A stretch of DNA of 64,000 nucleotides from Candidatus Eiseniibacteriota bacterium (GTDB taxonomy: Bacteria; Eisenbacteria; RBG-16-71-46; CAZAMP01): positions 512,001-576,000 of the forward strand of contig OZ245046.1 in the NCBI GenBank assembly GCA_965224245.1. Reading direction: 5' to 3'. Below, piece by piece: positions 48,693 to 58,437 of this stretch. Every line of letters begins with the position of its first letter. Within the stretch, counting starts at the first letter, position 1. The notes under the pieces are model-generated. The model saw nothing but the letters and a program-made list of their open reading frames with translations, did not search any database and had not been told where the DNA came from. The translations under genes were made by a program, and so were the position numbers.

Positions 48693-49976
48693 TCACCTGA
48701 TCAGCGCGACCTTCTCGTCGACGTGCCCGGATGCGGTCGACACGCGAACCGTGTACACACCCGCGGACAGACGTCGCCCGCCCGCGTCGCGCCCGTCCCA
48801 CACCTGCGTCGAGGTGCCCTCGCCGACGACGCCACGGTCCAGCGTGGCGACGCGGCGGCCGCGCGCGTCATAGACGGCGAAGTCGACGATCGTGCCGGGC
48901 TCCAGGTCGGCGACGTCCAGCTCGAACCGGATCGGTGCGCCGGCCCGCGCCGGGTTCGGCGATGCGTGGAGCGCGAGGGGGGTGCCCGGGCCGACCATGC
49001 CGTCGGCGACGTCGACCACCAGGGGCTGAGGTGCGTGATACGGCGTCGCCGAGCCGCCGGTCTTGATCAGCCAACCGTCGTGAACGTGGATGTCGATCAC
49101 GGGCTGGGCGAACCACGGAAGATCGGCGGTGTAGTCGTCCCAGGTCACGTAATCGGACGTGAAGAAGATCGAGCCCGCGCCGCCGCCGTTGCTCGACGCA
49201 CCGGCGACGAGCCGGCCGTCGTCGGCGATCTCCATCGCGGTGAGGTTGTAGGTGGTCGGGACGGTCGTGATCTCGGTCCAGGTGGCACCGTAGTCGGACG
49301 AACGCCACAGCGACCCGATACCGGCTCCATGGTAGACGTCGACCAGGAGCTCGCCCTCGCGGTACACGTGCGAGGAGATCTGCGTGGCGCCGGTGGGCGT
49401 GGTGGTGCTGGTCCAGCTCGCACCGAGATCGGTCGAGCGGTGAATGTCCGAGCCCGAGATCGCGCAGAGGGCGCTGCCGGCGGTGAAGATGTCCCACGTG
49501 GCATCGCCACCCGGGAGCGCCACCTCGACCCACGTGAGGCCGGCATCGTCGGATCGACGGAGCACGCCGTCGGCGGTTCCGAAGAGCGTGTCGCCGATCA
49601 CCAGGAGCATCGACAAGGTGGCGTCCTGAAACACGATCGGCTCCCAGGGGCCCCAGACGGCGCCGTCACGCAGGGACCGGAAGTTGAGATCCTCGAACGA
49701 CGCGCGGCCCATCACGAACACGTCGCCGACGCGCGCGAGCGACTGGACGGGGGCGTAGTCGTCCGAGAACACGCTGGCGATCGCCGCCCAGCTGTCGCCG
49801 TGGTCGTCGGAGGCGTAGACCGTGCCGGAGATCGAGCCGGCGTACAGCGCCTCGGATCCCGCGTAGAACATCTGGATGTGGTCGAACGAGCCGGGCTGTG
49901 ACACCTCCGTCCACTGGGCCGACGCAACCGACGTCACGATGGCGGCGGGAATCAACGACGCAAGAACGGCACGCAT
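48693..49976 (-). CDS. Secreted Asp-box/BNR beta-propeller protein with FlgD-Ig/T9SS-like tail
   Basis: Signal peptide ending 'ASA-QW', repeats SDDHGDSW, SDDAGLTW, STDLGASW, SSDYGATW. Tail 'SPNP...YDARGRRV..L...WDGRD.GG..L.AGVY'. Confidence 0.85.
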   Translation of the reverse strand: MRAVLASLIPAAIVTSVASAQWTEVSQPGSFDHIQMFYAGSEALYAGSISGTVYASDDHGDSWAAIASVFSDDYAPVQSLARVGDVFVMGRASFEDLNFRSLRDGAVWGPWEPIVFQDATLSMLLVIGDTLFGTADGVLRRSDDAGLTWVEVALPGGDATWDIFTAGSALCAISGSDIHRSTDLGASWTSTTTPTGATQISSHVYREGELLVDVYHGAGIGSLWRSSDYGATWTEITTVPTTYNLTAMEIADDGRLVAGASSNGGGAGSIFFTSDYVTWDDYTADLPWFAQPVIDIHVHDGWLIKTGGSATPYHAPQPLVVDVADGMVGPGTPLALHASPNPARAGAPIRFELDVADLEPGTIVDFAVYDARGRRVATLDRGVVGEGTSTQVWDGRDAGGRRLSAGVYTVRVSTASGHVDEKVALIR

Positions 49977-50139
49977 GCAATCCTCCGTTTCGGATGGGGA
50001 CCTCGACGCCCGGTCGACCGCCCGCACCAGTCTAGCGGATTCGCCACACGGGCCGGGCCGTGAACCGATCGGCACGCGTCGCGTGGTGGGCCTCCTCTGC
50101 CTGGACGCGTCGGAGGTCCGGTTTGATACCGGCGCGCCT

Positions 50140-52512
50140 TCAGCGGAGGACGAGCACCGGGCGCGTCACCCGATGGCCGCCGGCGTCGAGCTCCAGGAGG
50201 TACCGGCCCGACGGCACCGGCCGGTCCGCGTCCAGCGACCAGTCCACACGCTGTATACCCGGTCCGGCCGGGCCGGTGTGCAGGCGGAGTCGGCGACCGG
50301 TGACGTCGTAGAGCGCCACGCGGACCGAACGAACGTTCGCCCTCACCCGGTAGCGCACGACGAGTCGAGTGTCGCTCGCGCGCACGTCCACGACGTCGGC
50401 CGTTGGTGGGGCGACCGCCGGACCGTCGGGGTCGTCGCCGATGGGTGTGTAGTCCGGCGGACGCTCCAGACCCGTGCCCGGAAAGATCTCCACGTCGTCG
50501 ATGGCGGCCTCCACGATCGACGGTCCTGCGCGATCGGCGATCACGAAGCGAAAGCGCATCGCGCTCGTGATGTCCGCGTGGTCGTCGAGCCGGTAGTCGA
50601 CCTGGACCCAGCGGTGGTCCGAGCGTGCGCGCTCCTCGACGAGGCGCCACGTGATGCCGCCGTCGGCGGAGATCCACGCCTCGAACCGATCCCCGTCGGG
50701 GATCTCGTCTTCCCAGCGTGCGTCGAGCGAGAGCCATCGGTAGTAGCGGAAGATTGGATCCTCGACGCCGAGCAGGTCGATGACGGGGCTCGTGAGCGTG
50801 GTGCGTCCGCCATCCACGTCCGCGACGTCCAGCCAGTCGCCGGGCGCGCCGTTGCCGGTCACGAACGCGTGAGTGCCCGGCGGCGGCGTCTCGTCCGCGA
50901 GCGGCTGCACGTAGCCCGCCGCCGTGCCCACCGGCATCGCCCGGGTCCAGGTGCCCGCGGTGGCGTCGTCGTCGGGGCCGCCCACGAGCCAGCCGTTCTC
51001 GCTCTCGAACGTGTGGGTGTACACCGAGGCCGACAGGAAGAAGTCGCGCCGGGTCGTCTGCCCGGGCTCGACCGTGATCGGCACCTGGCTCGTGGCCGAT
51101 CCCATCGCGTCGACCTCGACGAGGTAGTCGCCGGCGGGCACCTGGGGCAGGAAGTAGTCTCCGGTGAGCTGGGCGGGGAACGCGATCGGGGTGTCGAGGA
51201 GCCGCACGATCGTGCCCTCCGGGTGTGCGGTGAGGGAGGGAAGCGTGATGGTGCCCCGAACCTCACCCGTCGGTCGCGGAACGAGCCCGCGGTCGAGCGG
51301 TATGGCCTCGCCCGGGCCCGTCTCCACGACGACCTCGTCGTCGAAGAAGCCGAACTTCACGAGCTCGATCTCGCGCGTGCCCGGCGGGACCCGGAGCCGG
51401 AACGCCCCCAGGGCCGACGTAATCGTGGACCGTCCCGAGGCGACGTCGCGCACGCGCACGTCGGGACAGAGTGCGCCCGTCCCGTCGTCGCGAACGAAGC
51501 CCTCCAGGAGCGCCCACCGATCGTCCAGAGCCAGCGTAACCAGGCCCAGCGTCGCGTCGCACGCGAAGAGGACGTCCGGGGTGCGCGCGAACGCGACCGC
51601 GCGAAGCTCCGAGCCGACCGCGCGCGATGCGACGGCTACCGGGTGCTCGAGGTCGGTGGTGTCGTAGACGTCGATCCGCGCGCTCTCCCACGCCACCGCG
51701 ATCCGGTCCCGCTGGCGCGCCACCGCGACCGGCGCACCGGACGCACCGTCGTCGTCTCCGATGCTCGCGACGAGCCGGATGTCCGAGAGGCGGGCGGTGC
51801 TCAGCAGAGACACGCGATCGCCGTCCGCGACCGCGAGCGCCGGCGAGAGCGATAATCGCCTCGCGTCGTCGGCCAGCGCGTGGGGCGTCGCACCCGGGTA
51901 CGTGATCCAGGCCACGAGATCGGGCGTCGACGCGAGATTCACCAGCGCCGACGAGACGCCGGTCGCGACGTGGGCCAGTCCCCCCAGTGGCACGACGTCG
52001 AGCACGTCGAACGCCGAGAACGGGGTCGTCCACGCGGGCTCCGGCAGGGTGGGATCGTCGATGGACAGCGCGTGGAGCCCAGTGGGTGTCCCGAACACCA
52101 GGAGGCGGTCCAGCACCGGATCGCGGACGATCCCGAGAGCGGTCTCGAACCACGTCTCGATCTCGTCCACCACCGACGGAGCGTCGGGCCGGGACCAGTC
52201 GACGATCTGGAGTCCACCGCCGCCGTCGGAGACCGCGTAGACGTGGTCGTCGTGCCACACGGCGTCGCGACGAGTCGCCGGGGGACCCGGAACGAATGCG
52301 ATCTCGACCGGCTCGCCGGGGACGGTGACGTCCACGAGCGCGACGCCGGACTCGGCCGTGATGAGGATGCCACCTGGCGCATCCCGTACCGAGAGGCACG
52401 GCGCCCGCGTGTCCAGCCATCCGAGTACGTCCAGCGAGGTGTCGGCCACGGCGCCCGGCGGCCCCAGACACGCCGCCGCGAGCGAGGTCGCGACGGCGGT
52501 GAGCGCTCTCAT
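50140..52512 (-). CDS. Secreted LVIVD/choice-of-anchor-B-like propeller protein with carboxypeptidase-regulatory-like domains and degenerate sorting tail
   Basis: ATGA-coupled start at 52512. 'GVALVDVT.P', 'GLQIVDWS.P', two Ig-like domains, a jelly-roll-like region ('DVDGGRTTLTSP', 'VEAAIDD'), tail 'LYDVTGRRLR...PSGRYLLEL'. Confidence 0.75.
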   Translation of the reverse strand: MRALTAVATSLAAACLGPPGAVADTSLDVLGWLDTRAPCLSVRDAPGGILITAESGVALVDVTVPGEPVEIAFVPGPPATRRDAVWHDDHVYAVSDGGGGLQIVDWSRPDAPSVVDEIETWFETALGIVRDPVLDRLLVFGTPTGLHALSIDDPTLPEPAWTTPFSAFDVLDVVPLGGLAHVATGVSSALVNLASTPDLVAWITYPGATPHALADDARRLSLSPALAVADGDRVSLLSTARLSDIRLVASIGDDDGASGAPVAVARQRDRIAVAWESARIDVYDTTDLEHPVAVASRAVGSELRAVAFARTPDVLFACDATLGLVTLALDDRWALLEGFVRDDGTGALCPDVRVRDVASGRSTITSALGAFRLRVPPGTREIELVKFGFFDDEVVVETGPGEAIPLDRGLVPRPTGEVRGTITLPSLTAHPEGTIVRLLDTPIAFPAQLTGDYFLPQVPAGDYLVEVDAMGSATSQVPITVEPGQTTRRDFFLSASVYTHTFESENGWLVGGPDDDATAGTWTRAMPVGTAAGYVQPLADETPPPGTHAFVTGNGAPGDWLDVADVDGGRTTLTSPVIDLLGVEDPIFRYYRWLSLDARWEDEIPDGDRFEAWISADGGITWRLVEERARSDHRWVQVDYRLDDHADITSAMRFRFVIADRAGPSIVEAAIDDVEIFPGTGLERPPDYTPIGDDPDGPAVAPPTADVVDVRASDTRLVVRYRVRANVRSVRVALYDVTGRRLRLHTGPAGPGIQRVDWSLDADRPVPSGRYLLELDAGGHRVTRPVLVLR

Positions 52513-55274
52513 TTCAGCAGGATCGACTTCTGCTCGAGACGCCGGGAGTCCGTCTCCAGGCGCGTCAGGTAGACGCCGCTCGGGAGGCCCGTGCCGCCGT
52601 CGTCGAGACCGTCCCAGACGATCTCGTGGCGACCGGCCGCGAGCACGTCGTCCACGAGCGTCCGCACGAGCCGGCCCGAGGCGTCGAACACCACGAGGCG
52701 CGCCGATCCTGGCGCAGGCAGGTCGAAGGCGTATGTCGTGCGCGGGTTGAACGGGTTGGGGTGGTTCTGCGCGAGCCGCACCGACGAGGGTACCGAGGTC
52801 GTGCTCGGCGCGTCGATCATGTCCACCGAGAACACGTAGAGCCCGCGCTGGATGTCCGACACCAGCACGTTTCCGCTGGGAAGATGCGAGAAGATTCCCC
52901 ACGCGCCGGCGTAGACGGGCGCATCGCTCTCGGGATGCGTGTCGAAGTAGCCGATCTCGCCGACCGCCATCGGGTCGGACGCGTCGAAGACCCGGAGCCC
53001 GCTGGTGTAGTTGGCCTCGAAGATCAACGACCCCGCCACCATCAGGTTGTGATCGATCGACGTCAGCCCGTTCGTGAACGTGGTCACGAGGGTCGGGTTG
53101 GTCAGGTCGGACACGTCGAAGACGTAGGTCGTGGTGGTGCTTCCGAACTCCTCCTCGTCCAGCTCGTCGCCGAGGTAGAACGTGTTCAGATCGGTGCTGA
53201 GCCAGCCCTGGTGGGCGTACGTCGTGCCCGGGTAGATCAGGGACGCGAGCTCGAACATGGCCGCCTTGCTCGTGACGTCCACGATCGCCAGCCCGAAGCC
53301 CTCCTGGGCCAGAAACGCGATCTCGCGGTCGGCATAGGCGGCGTGATCGGACGGGTAGGTGACGACGTAGCAGTCGTGAACTCTCGCCTCCCCGGTGTCG
53401 TAGGTGGCGGTCAGGACGGGAGCGGACGGGGTCGACAGGTCGACGACCGGGAGCCCACTCTCGGTGTTCGGGAGGCTCAGGTAGGCGAAGCCGCTGGCGG
53501 CGTTGACGGTGATGTTGTGCGCGTCGTCGATTCCGTCGAGCACGAAGTCGCCGACCTTCGTCACGACGCCCGAGTCGATGTCGGTCAGATCGAACACCTG
53601 GATGCCGTCACCACCACCGAAGCGCCACTGGTTCACGTTGTAGGCGTACTCGTCGTACACCGCCTGATCGCTCCACAGCGTCGTCTGGTCGTCGAACACG
53701 GCGAGCACCACGGGGCTCGCGGGGACCGTCACGTCGACGAAGCCCGTACCATGACCCAGACCCACGAGTGCGTACTCGCGGCCGGACGGAGAGACGTAGC
53801 CCCAGACGTCGTTCAGGTGGACACCGCATGCGAAGTCGCGGGTCGGGACGTGTCCGAGAAGCGTGACCCCGCTCGCGTCGAAGGGCTCGGGGCATCCCTC
53901 GTCGACGGCACCCACGAGCGCCCCGCACGTGCTGGCGGCGGCCCGGAGCGGTGAGGTCGGGTCGAGCGCGTAGTCGGCCCGGAAGAGCCCATCGACCGAG
54001 TAGAGCGGCGCCAGGTCGCAGCACGCCGGCTGACAGAACAACGGATCGACCGACGTGGATGCGGCGTCGAACGTCACGGAGCCGGGTCCCTCGATCCCGG
54101 TCAGGTCGACGTTGCTGCAATCGAAGTCGAGGCTCGAGCCGGCCGCCGCGTACACGGCGTCTCCGGCCCCGTCGGCACAGTTGCTCCACACGATCGTCCG
54201 ATCCGCTCCGGGCACGAGCGCCGACGGGCCGGCGCACACGCCGCCGCCCGAGCCGGTCGCACGGTTGTCGGCGATCGTGCACGAGTCGAGATCGCAGAGA
54301 CCGTCGGTGTAGACGCCGCCGCCGTCGGCGCCCGAGAGGTTCGTGACGATCACGGTCCCCGAGACGCTCGGACCCGCGTCGGCGCCCTCGACGAACAGGC
54401 CGCCGCCCCGGAGCCCCGACTCGTTGCCGATGAACGAGCCACCCTCGATCGACAGGAAGAGGTTGCTGACCGCGGCCAGTCCGCCGCCGTCGGTCCCCGC
54501 GGCGTTCTCGCGGAACTGGCAGTCGATGAAGCGGTGAAACGGGCTCGATCCGCCGGGAAGGAGCTCGGCCCCGCCCCCCGCACTCGTGGCGCCGTTGAAG
54601 CGGAAGATGACGTTCGTGAACGTACTGGACGACGGACCGCCCCCGGCGATGGCGAGGCCGCCACCGGCGCCGGCCACGTTGCTCGCGATCGTGGAGCTCT
54701 CGACCTCGACCGCGGACGTCTCGTCCACGAACAGCCCACCGCCTCGCACCGTGCCCGCGTTTGACGTGACGACCGTGCCCTGAATCAGCGGGAACGAGCC
54801 GGCGGTGGCCGCCACGCCGCCCCCGTGCGACCCGACCGCGTTGATGATCGTGCAGCCGACGATGGTCGGGGACGCCCCCTCGAGCAGAATCGCGCCCCCG
54901 GGTCCTCCACCGGCGTCGCCGTCGCGCAGCAGGAAGCCCTCGATGCGGGCGAGGCGCGTCTCGCCGCCGTGCAGATGAAAGAGGCGGCTCGTGCCGTCGG
55001 CGTCGATGGCCGTCGCGCTCCGCCCGTGTACCGAGCGAACGGTGATGTCCTTCCCGCCGAAGTCGAGGTTCACGTTACCCGCGCCGGAGTAGGTTCCGTC
55101 GTCGACCTCCACGACGTCGCCGTCGGCGGCGGCATCGATGGCCGCCTGAATCGTCCCGTACTCGGACGGTACCGAGAGAATCGGAGATCCGGCTCGTCCG
55201 GTGTCGATGAGTGCGGAAGCGGCCGAGAACGTGAACGCCACGGCCAGAACGCGAAGCGAGGCGGTCGGCGGCAT
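52509..55274 (-). CDS. Secreted protein: right-handed beta-helix + choice-of-anchor B propeller + FlgD-Ig/T9SS-like tail
   Basis: 'VPSEYGTIQAAIDAA..GD', GGG/N beta-helix repeats, 'NDVWGY..PSGREYAL', 'AHNI', 'AHQGW', 'DELDE', 'IDHN', 'QNHPNPFNPRT...WDG.D..G..L.SGVY'. AGGAG RBS. Confidence 0.85.
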   Translation of the reverse strand: MPPTASLRVLAVAFTFSAASALIDTGRAGSPILSVPSEYGTIQAAIDAAADGDVVEVDDGTYSGAGNVNLDFGGKDITVRSVHGRSATAIDADGTSRLFHLHGGETRLARIEGFLLRDGDAGGGPGGAILLEGASPTIVGCTIINAVGSHGGGVAATAGSFPLIQGTVVTSNAGTVRGGGLFVDETSAVEVESSTIASNVAGAGGGLAIAGGGPSSSTFTNVIFRFNGATSAGGGAELLPGGSSPFHRFIDCQFRENAAGTDGGGLAAVSNLFLSIEGGSFIGNESGLRGGGLFVEGADAGPSVSGTVIVTNLSGADGGGVYTDGLCDLDSCTIADNRATGSGGGVCAGPSALVPGADRTIVWSNCADGAGDAVYAAAGSSLDFDCSNVDLTGIEGPGSVTFDAASTSVDPLFCQPACCDLAPLYSVDGLFRADYALDPTSPLRAAASTCGALVGAVDEGCPEPFDASGVTLLGHVPTRDFACGVHLNDVWGYVSPSGREYALVGLGHGTGFVDVTVPASPVVLAVFDDQTTLWSDQAVYDEYAYNVNQWRFGGGDGIQVFDLTDIDSGVVTKVGDFVLDGIDDAHNITVNAASGFAYLSLPNTESGLPVVDLSTPSAPVLTATYDTGEARVHDCYVVTYPSDHAAYADREIAFLAQEGFGLAIVDVTSKAAMFELASLIYPGTTYAHQGWLSTDLNTFYLGDELDEEEFGSTTTTYVFDVSDLTNPTLVTTFTNGLTSIDHNLMVAGSLIFEANYTSGLRVFDASDPMAVGEIGYFDTHPESDAPVYAGAWGIFSHLPSGNVLVSDIQRGLYVFSVDMIDAPSTTSVPSSVRLAQNHPNPFNPRTTYAFDLPAPGSARLVVFDASGRLVRTLVDDVLAAGRHEIVWDGLDDGGTGLPSGVYLTRLETDSRRLEQKSILLK

Positions 55275-55480
55275 GGAGCTCTCCTGGTATCGTCCGCGGA
55301 CGGACGTGATCGACGGGGCGGGCATCGAGCGCGGCCCGGGTCCGTGTTCGGGACTGTCGTGAGAGCCGCCTCGCCACATACTGTGCGGGAACGGTACGAT
55401 GTCGGTATTGTATCGTATCCGCGGCCGGGACTGCCAGGTATGGGGTCCTCGCGAGCTCGCGCGCACCCGATGGAGGATGG

Positions 55481-58063
55481 ATGCAGGCATCATCACGATC
55501 GACATCGCATTGGTTCGAGTGCTCGGAGCTCCGCCACCTACCGACCCGCCGCGCGCGGAATCCGATCGTGGGTGTGCTGGCGATCACGATCCTCGCCGCG
55601 TCGGGCTGCGGGACTCCGGACGACCGGACCCCGACCCCGACCGTGACCGACGACGCGCACAGGCCGCACTTCACGGACGTCACGCGAGCCGCCGGGATCG
55701 ACCACACGCACTCGAAGCCGCGCCTCGATCCGAAGCTCGACAACATCATGCCGTGGGTCTCCAGCGTGGGAGCCGCCGCGGCGGCCGGCGACGTCGACGG
55801 TGACGGATGGATCGATCTCTACGTGACCACGTCTCGCAAGGGCGCCCAGAACCTCCTCTATCGGAACCAGGGCGACGGAACGTTCACGAACGTGGCGAGC
55901 ACGGCCGGCGTCGCCGACGTGAACGACGACGACGGGGTCAGCATCGACTGCATCTTCGGAGACGTCGACGACGACGGATGGACCGATCTCTACCTGGTCC
56001 GGTGGGGTCGCGACCGTCTGTTCCTGAACGACGGAGACGGCACGTTCACCGAGGTCACGCGCGAGCGCTTCACCCGGCGCGACGGCATGCCGGGCACGGA
56101 CTGGGCGAACGGGTGCGGTGCGGTCTTCCTCGACTACGATCGGGACGGCCGTCTGGACATCTACGTCGCGAACTACTTCCGCGACGTCGATCTGTGGGAT
56201 CTGACGTCGACTCGAATCATGCACGACGACTTCGAGCACTCTCGAAACGGGGGAGAGAACTTTCTCTACCACCAGGAGCCCGACGGCACGTTCCGGGAGG
56301 TCGCCTCGTCGCTGGGGATGGAGGATCCCGGCTGGACGCTCGCCGTCGGGTCCGCGGACGTCGACAACGACGGGTGGCTGGACGTCTACTGTGCGAACGA
56401 CTTCGGGCCCGACCAGCTCTTCCTCAACCAGGCGGACGGCACGTTCTCGAACGTGTCGGACGTCGCGCTCGAGTACGATACGAAGAAGGGCATGAACGTC
56501 GACTTCGGAGACGTCAACAACGACGGATGGCTCGACATCTACGTCACGAACATCACCACGGCCGAGTACCTCCGCGAGGGGAACATGCTCTGGCACAACA
56601 ACGGCCCGTCGGACGAGGCGCGCGTCGACTTCGTCGACATCGCCACCGTCTCCGACACGTACGACGGGGGCTGGGGCTGGGGCGCAAAGTTCTTCGACGC
56701 CGACAACGACGGGAGCCTCGACCTCGTGGCCGGAAACGGCTTCATCAGCGCCGGGGAAGGCGAGTACTGGTTCGAGCTGGCCTCCTGGACGGTCATCGCC
56801 GAGGATCCGGCCGACGCCGCCAACTGGCCCGCCATCGGAGAGCGCTCCTTCTCGGGGTTCGAGCCCATTCGATTCTGGCTCAATCGAGAAGGAACCTTCG
56901 TGGAGTCGGCAGCGGCCTCGGGGCTCACGACCCGACGCGACGAACGGGGCGTGGTCACGATCGACTACGACAACGACGGGGATCTGGATCTCTATCTCGC
57001 GAATCAGGGGCAGCCTCCCTGCCTGTACCGCAACGACACACCTGCCCGCCACCACTGGCTCACCGTGGCCCTCGAGGGACGGAGTGACGCGATCGGCGCG
57101 CGTGTGACCGTCGTGACGCCGGACGCCACACGCATCCGGGAGCGCGACGGAGGGAACGGCTACTCCGGTCAGAGCGATCCCCGCATTCACGTCGGGCTGG
57201 GCGAGAACGAGTTGGTCGAGCTCGTGGAGGTCCGCTGGTCGGACGGTGGGCTGCAGTACCTCGAGAATCTGCCGGTGGATCAGATCGTCACCGTCGAGCA
57301 GGATCGGGCGCGCTACGTGGCCAGCGTCCCGCGCGTCGCGGCGATGCCCGAGCGCATCGTGCTCGACACCGCCGAGTCGGAGACGCCGGCGATCGATCCC
57401 GCCGAGCTGGACGAGCTCTTGACGGAGCTCGAGACCGCCATCCGCTCGGGGGACACGACGCTCCGGACCACGAGCCTCTATCGAAACCGCTGCATCACGT
57501 ACGGCGTACACGAGCGTTCGGTGCGCTTCTTCGAGGCGCTCGTGAACGAGCACCCCGACCAGAGCCGCCATCGAGTGAACCTCGCGCTGGCCTACGTGGA
57601 CAAGATCCCGACCTGCGGTGGGGTGGCCGCGGTCGTCAGCAAGGGTACGCTGGCTCGAAAGTCGCTCGACGAGGTGACGCGTGTGATCGATCATGACGGC
57701 GGCACGTGGCTGACACACTACATCCGGGGCATGAACCATCTGCACTGGCCGCGCGCGCTCCGCCACTCCGACGATGCGGCCGCCGAGTTCGAACGCTGCC
57801 TCGAGATCCAGAGCGCGGCGTCGGATCCCCGCGATTACTTCGTACGTACGCATGTAGCACTGGGCGACGCTTATGCCAAGGATGGCCACGCCGATCGCGC
57901 GCGCGCCGTCTGGAGGGCGGCCCTCGAGCACTACCCGGACGCCGAGGCGATCTCGACGCGACTCGGGATCACCGACGACGACGCGCTGCTCGATTTCGTC
58001 GAGGACGCGCGGAGCATCGACCGTCCGATCGATACGGACATGTCGTTCGTCGAGCGGTACTGA
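55481..58063 (+). CDS. CRTAC1/ASPIC-UnbV family lipoprotein (FG-GAP repeats) fused to C-terminal TPR-like domain
   Basis: Lipobox-like 'ILAASGC', 'IMPWVSSVGAAAAAGDVDGDG', many DxDxDGxxD repeats, ASPIC/UnbV 'AIGARV...GGNGYSGQSDPRIHVGLG....VEVRWSDG', helical tail from about 57390. Confidence 0.9.
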   Translation: MQASSRSTSHWFECSELRHLPTRRARNPIVGVLAITILAASGCGTPDDRTPTPTVTDDAHRPHFTDVTRAAGIDHTHSKPRLDPKLDNIMPWVSSVGAAAAAGDVDGDGWIDLYVTTSRKGAQNLLYRNQGDGTFTNVASTAGVADVNDDDGVSIDCIFGDVDDDGWTDLYLVRWGRDRLFLNDGDGTFTEVTRERFTRRDGMPGTDWANGCGAVFLDYDRDGRLDIYVANYFRDVDLWDLTSTRIMHDDFEHSRNGGENFLYHQEPDGTFREVASSLGMEDPGWTLAVGSADVDNDGWLDVYCANDFGPDQLFLNQADGTFSNVSDVALEYDTKKGMNVDFGDVNNDGWLDIYVTNITTAEYLREGNMLWHNNGPSDEARVDFVDIATVSDTYDGGWGWGAKFFDADNDGSLDLVAGNGFISAGEGEYWFELASWTVIAEDPADAANWPAIGERSFSGFEPIRFWLNREGTFVESAAASGLTTRRDERGVVTIDYDNDGDLDLYLANQGQPPCLYRNDTPARHHWLTVALEGRSDAIGARVTVVTPDATRIRERDGGNGYSGQSDPRIHVGLGENELVELVEVRWSDGGLQYLENLPVDQIVTVEQDRARYVASVPRVAAMPERIVLDTAESETPAIDPAELDELLTELETAIRSGDTTLRTTSLYRNRCITYGVHERSVRFFEALVNEHPDQSRHRVNLALAYVDKIPTCGGVAAVVSKGTLARKSLDEVTRVIDHDGGTWLTHYIRGMNHLHWPRALRHSDDAAAEFERCLEIQSAASDPRDYFVRTHVALGDAYAKDGHADRARAVWRAALEHYPDAEAISTRLGITDDDALLDFVEDARSIDRPIDTDMSFVERY

Positions 58064-58074
58064 CTCCGAGTGCC

Positions 58075-58218
58075 GGGGCGGCAGGCGTGGTGTCTCCTCC
58101 GCTCAAACCTGCCGGCGTGGCCCTCGGGGAAGGTGGGGGTGTCGTTTCGTGCGGGAGCGGTGACGGAGACGTGCTGGTCGCATCCATTCGCTCACCCCGA
58201 CACCACGCCTGCCGCCCC
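58075..58218. repeat. 144-bp segment bounded by a perfect 20-bp inverted repeat
   Basis: GGGGCGGCAGGCGTGGTGTC at 58075-58094 and its exact reverse complement GACACCACGCCTGCCGCCCC at 58199-58218. Confidence 0.85.
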
Positions 58219-58380
58219 TGTGTCGGGGGATCGACCGGCGCCCGGATGTCGAGGTGTGGGGGATGGTGCGGATCTCCCGGAACTCGGACGCCATCCGATG
58301 TAGAGTGCGCTCCGGCTTGGGCATGACACGGAGGTTGGGGCGGCGGTGTCGGGGGATCGAACGGGGTCGGTCCGAAGAGA

Positions 58381-58415
58381 AATGAAAAGGGGCGATGCCG
58401 GGGTGGCATCGCCCC
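58381..58415 (-). terminator. Intrinsic terminator of the 58438-60003 gene
   Basis: 11-bp stem GGGGCGATGCC / GGCATCGCCCC with a 5-nt loop, followed on the minus strand by TTTTCATTT, about 22 nt after the stop. Confidence 0.85.
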
Positions 58416-58437
58416 ATCGACACGATGGTCGTGTTCG

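Noticed and set aside
55481-55610. Twin-arginine signal in the UnbV-like lipoprotein (PTRRAR)
   Set aside because: It lacks the RRxFL consensus and the start codon is uncertain.
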